Origin: an uncultured archaeon
Lineage (GTDB): Archaea; Iainarchaeota; Iainarchaeia; Iainarchaeales; CSSED10-239
Assembly: GCA_964468895.1 (NCBI GenBank)
Contig: CAYXWT010000040.1
Coordinates: forward strand, 1 to 6,626
Length of the DNA stretch: 6,626 bases
Direction: 5' to 3'
Shown here: piece after piece, positions 1-5,310 of the stretch
Layout of the letters: the number at the start of each line of letters is the position of its first letter
Numbering within the stretch: position 1 is the stretch's first letter
Translations under genes and position numbers: made by a program
The notes under the pieces: model-generated
The model's input: only the letters and a program-made list of their open reading frames with translations
Told to the model about the DNA's origin: nothing
Databases searched by the model: none

Positions 1-2031
1 TTTTTCTTTTTCTAATAATTTATTCCAATTGTCATCAATATGTTTTTGAATTATTTTAATTTCTTTTTTATTTTTAAGTACTTCTTTAAATTTAGTTTGT
101 GTACTTAGAAACTCTTCAATAGGAATCTTATTTTTAGGTTTATAATTAATTTTATATTTTCCATTTTCAACTTCATAAAGTGGCCAAAAATTACTTTCAG
201 TTGCTTTTTTACTAATTTCAATAGTTCTATTACTTGCTGCTTTCATATTAGTAGGACATGCAGCATAAACTATTATTACTGCTGGTCCAGGAGTAGCAAA
301 TGCTTTTTCAGCTTTATTATAAAGATCAAGTATATTTCCTGGATTAGCTTGAGCTACATAAGGTATATTGTGAGCAATAGCAATTTCAGTTAAGTTTTTT
401 GAAAACTTTGTTTTCCCAAAGCTTTCAGTTCCAGAAGGTGTTGTTGTAGTGTTAGATCCATAAGGTGTAGCTGAACTTCTTTGATTGCCTGTATTATGAA
501 CCACAATTCCGTTGGCAATAAAATTATGTTCTCCTTCTACTCTTAAATCTAAAGTTTGTTCAATACCTTTTGGAATTATGTTTTTTATTTTTCTAATTTC
601 AAAATAGTTATTGTTTATTAAATAATTTTGATATTTATATTGGGAGTTGTATTTTTTTGTATTCCAAGAATATTTTTTACTAAAACAAATTGAATAACAT
701 GTACTATCTTTTAGTAATTTCCTGTAAACCACTAATGTTCCTTTTTTTTTAGTTTGGTTAGTTATTTTTCCAACCCTATAATCCATTGTTTGTAATAAAA
801 GTCTAAATCTTTCAATTAAATCTTTACTTGCTGAAACAAATCTCATACTGTCTTTTTTTCCTTTGTATATATACCCATCAGACATTATTAATCCTTTGAT
901 AAATGCTTCTTTTTGTTCTTTTGGAATAGTAAAAACCCATGACGGAATAGTTTTGTTTTTTGCACCTTGTTTAAAACCTAGAGAGTTAATAAATTTAGAT
1001 ATTTTTACTGAATTATAATAGATGTAGTATTTATCTAAGCTTATATTTTCTTGATTAAATATTTTTTGATGTATTTTTATAAGTTTTTCTCTTTCTTTTG
1101 TATTTTCTGGAAGTGCAAACCCAATTTCTCCTCTTTTTTCTCTAATCCATCCATCCCCAACATATAATCCTAACCAAATCATAAGATCTAAAGATGATTT
1201 TTCTGGTATTATTACTTTGTTAATATTATTTACTTTGTAATCTCCTTTTTTAGGTAGTTTTAGTTTTTTGAATTTATAATCCTCACAATTATCATATAAT
1301 TTTTTCATAGTTACAATTTCATCATTTATTTTTAATTTAGAAACGGTTTTCCAAATAAATTCATTTTCTTTACCCCTTTTATTTCTTTTAAGTGTTAAAA
1401 AAGGATGATTAGAAGTTGCTTTTATGTTTTGATGAATTGTTTCTATTTCAAATACTTTTTTTATCCCATTATCAAATACACCTGAACATTTTTTAAGAAC
1501 TGGTTGGTAGGTTTTTTGATCAAATGTCCACACATTTTCTCCATTTTTGATTTCAGTTATTTGTTTAAGTCCATTTTCACTCATTATTAATGTATCAGTA
1601 GATAGGCAATTCATATATCCTTCATTGTTATAACAAACATATACAAAGTCATGACCCCGTTCAAGTGCCCCTGATAAACTTTGTAATCCAATATCAAAAG
1701 ATCCACCATCACCACCAAAAGCTAAAAATTTAATTTTCTTTTTTATTTTACCTTGTTTTTTAAGTGCTTTATATGCTGTTTCAATTCCAGAAATAGTTGC
1801 AGCAGCATTAGCAAAAACTGAGTGCATCCAAGGCACATTCCAAGAAGTATATGGATAAATAGTAGTAGTTACTTCTGCACAACTTGTTGCACTTGTAACA
1901 ACTACATCATCATTACTTGCAGCCATAACTGTTCTAAGAATAATACCTATTGGACAACCAGCACAAGTTCTGTGTCCAGAAACCAATCTATTTTGTTTAT
2001 TTATTTTTAAAGCTAATTCTTTATAATTCAT
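1..2031 (-). CDS. porB: 2-oxoacid (pyruvate):ferredoxin oxidoreductase beta subunit (TPP-binding), intein-containing precursor; 3' end runs off the window
   Basis: ATG at 2031..2029. My manual translation of this frame is open down to position 1 (677 codons). It is probably absent from the ORF track because it has no in-window stop. N-extein (1609..2031, 141 aa): MNYKELALKINKQNRLVSGHRTCAGCP...FGGDGGSFDIGLQSLSGALERGHDFVYVCYNNEGYMN. It carries the GDG-x25-NN TPP motif at 1624..1713. C-extein (1..492, 164 aa): TGNQRSSATPYGSNTTTTPSG...AIAHNIPYVAQANPGN...IIVYAACPTN...FWPLYEVENGKY. The joined exteins total 305 aa so far, a typical PorB length. The gene follows porA by 29 nt, the expected GDAB position. 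Confidence 0.9.
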   Translation of the reverse strand, partial: MNYKELALKINKQNRLVSGHRTCAGCPIGIILRTVMAASNDDVVVTSATSCAEVTTTIYPYTSWNVPWMHSVFANAAATISGIETAYKALKKQGKIKKKIKFLAFGGDGGSFDIGLQSLSGALERGHDFVYVCYNNEGYMNCLSTDTLIMSENGLKQITEIKNGENVWTFDQKTYQPVLKKCSGVFDNGIKKVFEIETIHQNIKATSNHPFLTLKRNKRGKENEFIWKTVSKLKINDEIVTMKKLYDNCEDYKFKKLKLPKKGDYKVNNINKVIIPEKSSLDLMIWLGLYVGDGWIREKRGEIGFALPENTKEREKLIKIHQKIFNQENISLDKYYIYYNSVKISKFINSLGFKQGAKNKTIPSWVFTIPKEQKEAFIKGLIMSDGYIYKGKKDSMRFVSASKDLIERFRLLLQTMDYRVGKITNQTKKKGTLVVYRKLLKDSTCYSICFSKKYSWNTKKYNSQYKYQNYLINNNYFEIRKIKNIIPKGIEQTLDLRVEGEHNFIANGIVVHNTGNQRSSATPYGSNTTTTPSGTESFGKTKFSKNLTEIAIAHNIPYVAQANPGNILDLYNKAEKAFATPGPAVIIVYAACPTNMKAASNRTIEISKKATESNFWPLYEVENGKYKINYKPKNKIPIEEFLSTQTKFKEVLKNKKEIKIIQKHIDDNWNKLLEKEK
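493..1608 (-). mobile_element. Full-length intein (372 aa) with an embedded LAGLIDADG homing endonuclease, inserted in frame in porB
   Basis: Block A: CLSTDTLIMSENG starts with the Cys1 codon at 1608..1606, directly after extein YMN. Block B: ATSNHPF (TxxH) at 1399..1416. LAGLIDADG motif 1: LGLYVGDGWI at 1144..1173. Motif 2: FIKGLIMSDGYI at 868..903. Blocks F/G: LDLRVEGEHNFIANGIVVHN end at 493. The next residue is +1 Thr (490..492). The length is exactly 1116 nt with no stop codon, and both junctions are in the porB frame. Confidence 0.93.
664..1206 (-). other. LAGLIDADG homing-endonuclease domain of the intein (approximate boundaries)
   Basis: There are two LAGLIDADG-type helices, ...WLGLYVGDGWI... 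and ...AFIKGLIMSDGYI..., about 90 aa apart. Each keeps the acidic residue before the final Gly. The domain lies between the N- and C-terminal splicing lobes. Boundaries are estimated by eye, not from an alignment. Confidence 0.75.
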
Positions 2032-2060
2032 GATTAATCTTATTATTTTTAATTTAAAAT

Positions 2061-3254
2061 TTATTTTCTTAGTCCAATATATTTTTCTTTAGGGATTTTA
2101 TTGTTTATATATTTTAAAAGTAATTCTTCTATATCTTTTTCAAATATATCTCTACCACCAATTCCAAATATGTGACTATAAACTTCTGGTCTGTTATTAT
2201 TAATTTCATAAACACTTTGTCTAATTTCACTATATAATGGAGCTAAACTTCCAGGTACTACTGCTCTATCTAAAACTATTATTTTTTTAGCATTTTTTAA
2301 AATGCTTTTGTATTTATTATAAATAAAAGGTCTAAATAATCTTGGTTTTAATAAACCTACTTTTTTACCTTGTTTTCTAAGTTTATCAATTACATTTTTT
2401 GTGGTTCCAGCTGTTGAACTCATAACTACTATTACAATTTCAGATTTACTTGCATAATAATCTTCAAGTAATTTAAAATCTTTATTAAATATTTTTTTAT
2501 ATTCTTTTCTACAATTATTAAATTCTTTTTCTACTTCATTAAAAGCATCATACATTCCACTTCTAACTTCAAAATAATAATTTGGAAGTGCTAATGGACC
2601 AATACTAATTGGTTTATTAGTATTTAGTAAATTATAATCTGGTTTATATTTACCTATAAACTTTTTAACTTTTGAATCACTAAATAAATTTATATTTTCT
2701 AAAGTATGACTTGTAAAAAAACCATCTATACAAACCATTATAGGTAATTTTACTTTTTCAGCTAATTTTAAAGCAAAAATTGTACTTTCATAACCTTCTT
2801 GAGAATTTTCACAATATATTTGCATCCAACCTTGGTTAGATGCAGACATAGAATCACTATGATCGCAATGTATATTTATAGGACTTGATATTGCTCTATT
2901 TGCTATAGGCATAACAATAGGTAATCTTAAACCACTTGCAACCCCTAATACTTCATACATGTATAACAACCCTTGTGAGGCTGTAGCAGTAAATGCTCTA
3001 ACTCCACAGGCTTGAGCACCAATTACAGCTGAAAGTGCAGAATGTTCTGATTCTACTCTTATAATTTCACTAGATACTAAACCATCTGCTTTATATTTTG
3101 CATAAGTTTCTATTATAGGTGTCTGAGGTGTTATTGGATACATAGCAACCACTTCTGGATTAATTTGTTTCATAGCATATGCTATTGCCTCACCACCATT
3201 TAATGCAAATTTAGTTTTGTTATTTTTAATTTTATTTTTAACCATAATACTCAT
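2061..3254 (-). CDS. porA: 2-oxoacid (pyruvate):ferredoxin oxidoreductase alpha subunit
   Basis: 397-aa ORF. The N-terminus LNGGEAIAYAMKQINPEVVAMYPITPQTPIIE is the characteristic POR_N signature (YPITP). Size matches archaeal PorA, about 390-400 aa. It sits between the delta and beta subunit genes with 13-nt and 29-nt spacers. The start could instead be the Met at codon 4 (3245). Confidence 0.93.
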   Translation of the reverse strand: MSIMVKNKIKNNKTKFALNGGEAIAYAMKQINPEVVAMYPITPQTPIIETYAKYKADGLVSSEIIRVESEHSALSAVIGAQACGVRAFTATASQGLLYMYEVLGVASGLRLPIVMPIANRAISSPINIHCDHSDSMSASNQGWMQIYCENSQEGYESTIFALKLAEKVKLPIMVCIDGFFTSHTLENINLFSDSKVKKFIGKYKPDYNLLNTNKPISIGPLALPNYYFEVRSGMYDAFNEVEKEFNNCRKEYKKIFNKDFKLLEDYYASKSEIVIVVMSSTAGTTKNVIDKLRKQGKKVGLLKPRLFRPFIYNKYKSILKNAKKIIVLDRAVVPGSLAPLYSEIRQSVYEINNNRPEVYSHIFGIGGRDIFEKDIEELLLKYINNKIPKEKYIGLRK

Positions 3255-3267
3255 ATTTAAATTAAAT

Positions 3268-3567
3268 TTATTTTATTTCTTTTTTCATTTTTATACATTT
3301 TACAGGACATATTTTTTCACAAAGTCCACAACCTTTACACATTGTAAAATCTGTTTCTATTCTTTTTAGATTTCCATTTTTATCTTTAATAACTTTAATT
3401 GCACCTTCTGGACAATATAGTGAACATAATCCACAATTAACACATTTCTTTTTATCCCAAATTGGTTTTTTATCTTTCCAAGATCCAGTTTTATTATTTA
3501 TTGAACTACCACCTTTGAGAATACCACCAATTGGAAGGTTTTTTCTAGCTTTTAATTTTTCATTCAT
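3268..3567 (-). CDS. porD: 2-oxoacid (pyruvate):ferredoxin oxidoreductase delta subunit, 2x[4Fe-4S] ferredoxin-type
   Basis: 99-aa ORF with two CxxCxxCxxxCP cluster motifs: CVNCGLCSLYCP (3409..3444) and CKGCGLCEKICP (3304..3339). Size and position between the gamma and alpha genes fit PorD. Confidence 0.9.
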   Translation of the reverse strand: MNEKLKARKNLPIGGILKGGSSINNKTGSWKDKKPIWDKKKCVNCGLCSLYCPEGAIKVIKDKNGNLKRIETDFTMCKGCGLCEKICPVKCIKMKKEIK

Positions 3568-3590
3568 ATTAAATCTTATTAATTTTTTAA

Positions 3591-4145
3591 TTAAATATTA
3601 TTATATCCTTTTTCTAAGCAATTATAATTTGTTTTAATTAAGTATTCTTTATTTTTCTTTTTAAAAGTTTTTTCTATAATCTTTTTTACAGAATTTAATT
3701 TAATTATATCATTAAAGATTTTAATAAAAGAACCTATTAAAACAATATTGCTATTATTAATTTTAATTTCTTCAAGTGCAATTTTACTACCATCAATAGT
3801 ATAAATCTTATTAGTGTTTTTAATTATATTTTTAAAATCAATTTTATTTTTATTTGTATTAATTAAATATATACTCTTAAAATTTTTTAAATCTTCCATT
3901 ACATCAAATAATCCTGAGTCTAGAATAATCACAAGATCCGGGTTTGTAATTGGATTGTGTGATCTAATTTCTTTATTAGATAATCTTACAAAACTCCTTA
4001 CTGGTGCACCTCTTCGTTCAGGGCCATATTCTGGAAAAGCTTGTATATTATATCCTTCAATCAAAGCAGACTCTGCTATTATTTGAGCACAAGTTTTAGC
4101 ACCTTGCCCACCTCTACCATAAATTATAATTTCTATATTTTTCAT
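3591..4145 (-). CDS. porG: 2-oxoacid (pyruvate):ferredoxin oxidoreductase gamma subunit
   Basis: 184-aa ORF. IIYGRGGQGAKTCAQIIAESALIEGYNIQAFPEYGPERRGAPVRSFVRLS contains the GxGGQG and PEYGxExRG signatures of POR gamma subunits. It is the first gene of the GDAB cluster. Confidence 0.92.
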   Translation of the reverse strand: MKNIEIIIYGRGGQGAKTCAQIIAESALIEGYNIQAFPEYGPERRGAPVRSFVRLSNKEIRSHNPITNPDLVIILDSGLFDVMEDLKNFKSIYLINTNKNKIDFKNIIKNTNKIYTIDGSKIALEEIKINNSNIVLIGSFIKIFNDIIKLNSVKKIIEKTFKKKNKEYLIKTNYNCLEKGYNNI

Positions 4146-4195
4146 AAAACATCATTTTTAGATTAATTTTAAAGATAAATTAATTATTTTTAATT

Positions 4196-4501
4196 TTAAG
4201 TATATTCTTGTTCTCTTTGTACTTTTAATTCTTTTATTTTATTTATAAATATTAGTACTTCTTTACTATTTAATTCAGAAATAGTTTTAGCTCTAACATG
4301 TTTTAATGATTTTGGTACTGGATGTCCTTCTGATTCAAATATTTGTTTAATAACCTTATTTTTAAATCTGCGATTTATGTCTTGTAAACTCATATTTTTA
4401 AAAGGTTCTGATGTGTGTTTTTGGTGTTCTTTTTCAAACCAAGATTTATTTTTTTTAATTTTACTCTTTAAGCCAATTTGTGGTTTTTTATATGGGCGCA
4501 T
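4196..4501 (-). CDS. Hypothetical small basic (Lys-rich) protein, 101 aa
   Basis: The ORF is open for 101 codons in DNA where AT-rich stop codons should be frequent. It has the same orientation as the por genes. Its ATG lies 2 nt after the stop of the upstream ORF (minus-strand TAATAATG), and porG starts 50 nt downstream. I recognise no family signature. Confidence 0.55.
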   Translation of the reverse strand: MRPYKKPQIGLKSKIKKNKSWFEKEHQKHTSEPFKNMSLQDINRRFKNKVIKQIFESEGHPVPKSLKHVRAKTISELNSKEVLIFINKIKELKVQREQEYT

Positions 4502-4503
4502 TA

Positions 4504-5169
4504 TTAATTACCTATCCCTAAATTTGCTTTTACATCTTTTAAATTCCCTCTTATTCGATAGTTAACATCATTTGGTTTAAAAACATCGCTAATTTCTTTA
4601 ATAGTTAAATCCCCAAACAATTCTTTATATTTATTAGTAAGTCGTCCATTTAAAGGTAAATCTTTTAATATAATATTTGCAGAATTTTCAATATGTAATT
4701 TACAATATTCTAAAAGTTTTGCAAGATATATTGCGCTTTCTGAATCTCTAATTCTACTAACTCTTATTTGTAATTCTCTTTTTTGTTGTATAGCTCTATT
4801 TTTCATTTCTCTTAAAGATCTATTTTTTTCTAATAATAATTTTTCATTACCTCTTTCTCTAGAACTTCTTTTAGGATTAAGTAAATTGTAAATTATTTTT
4901 AATTGATTTACATTTAAATCTTTTAATTTTAAATTGCCAATTTTAATAGCTTCTTGTTTATGCCTTTGATTTATTTTAAAAGGAATTTTTTTAACTAGTT
5001 CAATAACACTTAAATTTTGATGGTCTTTTAAAAAAGTAATTGTATTTGTGTTTTTATATTTTCTAACATCTTCTACAAATGATTTTTTTACTATTAAACC
5101 TTTTTTATATCTTTCAATATTTTTTGCATTAAATTTTTCTTTTTTTAAATATGCTGGTAATTTAGGCAT
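4504..5169 (-). CDS. Hypothetical basic protein, 221 aa, with a predicted central coiled-coil-like segment
   Basis: A 221-codon open frame in very AT-rich DNA is unlikely by chance. It is preceded by the clearest Shine-Dalgarno-like element in the window, GAGGAT. The central heptad-like stretch is EKLLLEKNRSLREMKNRAIQQKRELQIRVSRIRD. I recognise no enzyme or family motif. Confidence 0.65.
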   Translation of the reverse strand: MPKLPAYLKKEKFNAKNIERYKKGLIVKKSFVEDVRKYKNTNTITFLKDHQNLSVIELVKKIPFKINQRHKQEAIKIGNLKLKDLNVNQLKIIYNLLNPKRSSRERGNEKLLLEKNRSLREMKNRAIQQKRELQIRVSRIRDSESAIYLAKLLEYCKLHIENSANIILKDLPLNGRLTNKYKELFGDLTIKEISDVFKPNDVNYRIRGNLKDVKANLGIGN

Positions 5170-5310
5170 AATAAATCCTCAATTTAATTATATTTTATTT
5201 TAAAATTAAATATATATTTAGTAGATAGTATTTATATGTTTTATTGTTTAAAATATATCTGTTTTATAATCTTTTTGATATTAAAATGAAATTTAGAAAT
5301 ATGTGTTATT
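5170..5310. promoter_or_regulatory. Divergent intergenic region, presumed to hold promoters for the minus-strand operon and the plus-strand acd gene
   Basis: This is the only sizeable non-coding gap (141 nt) and it separates divergently oriented genes. It contains several TATA-like strings, for example TTTATAT at 5231..5237 and ATATTAAAA about 25-33 nt upstream of the acd ATG. Individual boxes cannot be told from background in DNA this AT-rich. Confidence 0.3.
5175..5180 (-). promoter_or_regulatory. Shine-Dalgarno-like ribosome-binding site (GAGGAT) for the 221-aa ORF
   Basis: The minus strand reads ...AAATTGAGGATTTATTATGCC. GAGGAT ends 5 nt upstream of the ATG at 5169 and is complementary to the conserved 16S 3' tail (CCUCC). 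None of the por genes has a comparable purine-rich element. Confidence 0.45.

Noticed and set aside
742-750. T9 homopolymer (A9 on the coding strand, encoding KKK) inside the intein endonuclease region, as a possible slippage or phase-variation site
   Set aside because: Lys-codon A-runs are common in every gene of this window. The frame is intact here and nothing suggests a regulatory role.
493-1608. Compositional contrast between intein and host gene as evidence of recent horizontal arrival
   Set aside because: By eye the intein is somewhat more AT-rich than the conserved PorB exteins. It is similar to the neighbouring hypothetical genes and to acd. The difference is better explained by constraint on the enzyme core, and I cannot compute statistics here.
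1822-2010. 62-aa plus-strand ORF from the track (MHPRHIPRSIWINSSSYFCTTCCTC...)
   Set aside because: It lies entirely antisense to the well-supported porB N-extein. The product is a low-complexity Ser/Thr/Cys/Asn string with no recognisable motif. It is a typical shadow ORF.
1-2031. porB as a pseudogene disrupted by an insertion element, or as a fusion with an unrelated domain
   Set aside because: The 1116-nt insert is an exact multiple of three with no stop. It has no terminal inverted repeats or transposase. It carries every intein splicing block at the expected positions, so the precursor should splice to a normal PorB.
1-2031. Alternative genetic code as the explanation for the apparently ORF-less 2 kb
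   Set aside because: The minus-strand frame is fully open under the standard code. The gap in the track is explained by the ORF having no in-window stop.
2032-2060. Shared AATAAGATT(T)AAT string immediately upstream of the porB ATG and of the porD ATG (3568..3590)
   Set aside because: There are only two copies of a 9-12-nt A/T-dominated string in low-complexity spacers. It is absent upstream of porA and porG. This cannot be separated from chance without comparative data.
3814-4086. 90-aa plus-strand ORF from the track
   Set aside because: It is antisense to porG, whose product carries clear family signatures. The predicted peptide is Leu/Ile/Phe-rich low-complexity sequence, as expected from the reverse frame of a Lys/Asn-rich gene.
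4167-4173. TATA-like TTTAAAA on the minus strand, 22-28 nt upstream of the porG ATG (possible internal promoter for a leaderless transcript)
   Set aside because: The spacing is suggestive, but such heptamers occur throughout this window, including inside genes. The sequence alone gives no discriminating evidence.
4499-4506. The 221-aa and 101-aa ORFs as one gene split by a frameshift or sequencing error, given the first ends in a truncated-looking ...NLGIGN
   Set aside because: The first frame ends in two consecutive stops (TAA TAA). The second ORF is in a different frame with its own ATG embedded in TAATAATG, a common coupled stop-start arrangement. Nothing indicates a slippery site.
4377-4565. 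62-aa plus-strand ORF from the track
   Set aside because: It is antisense and straddles the junction of the two minus-strand hypothetical genes. It has no start context or motif support. It is most likely a shadow ORF.
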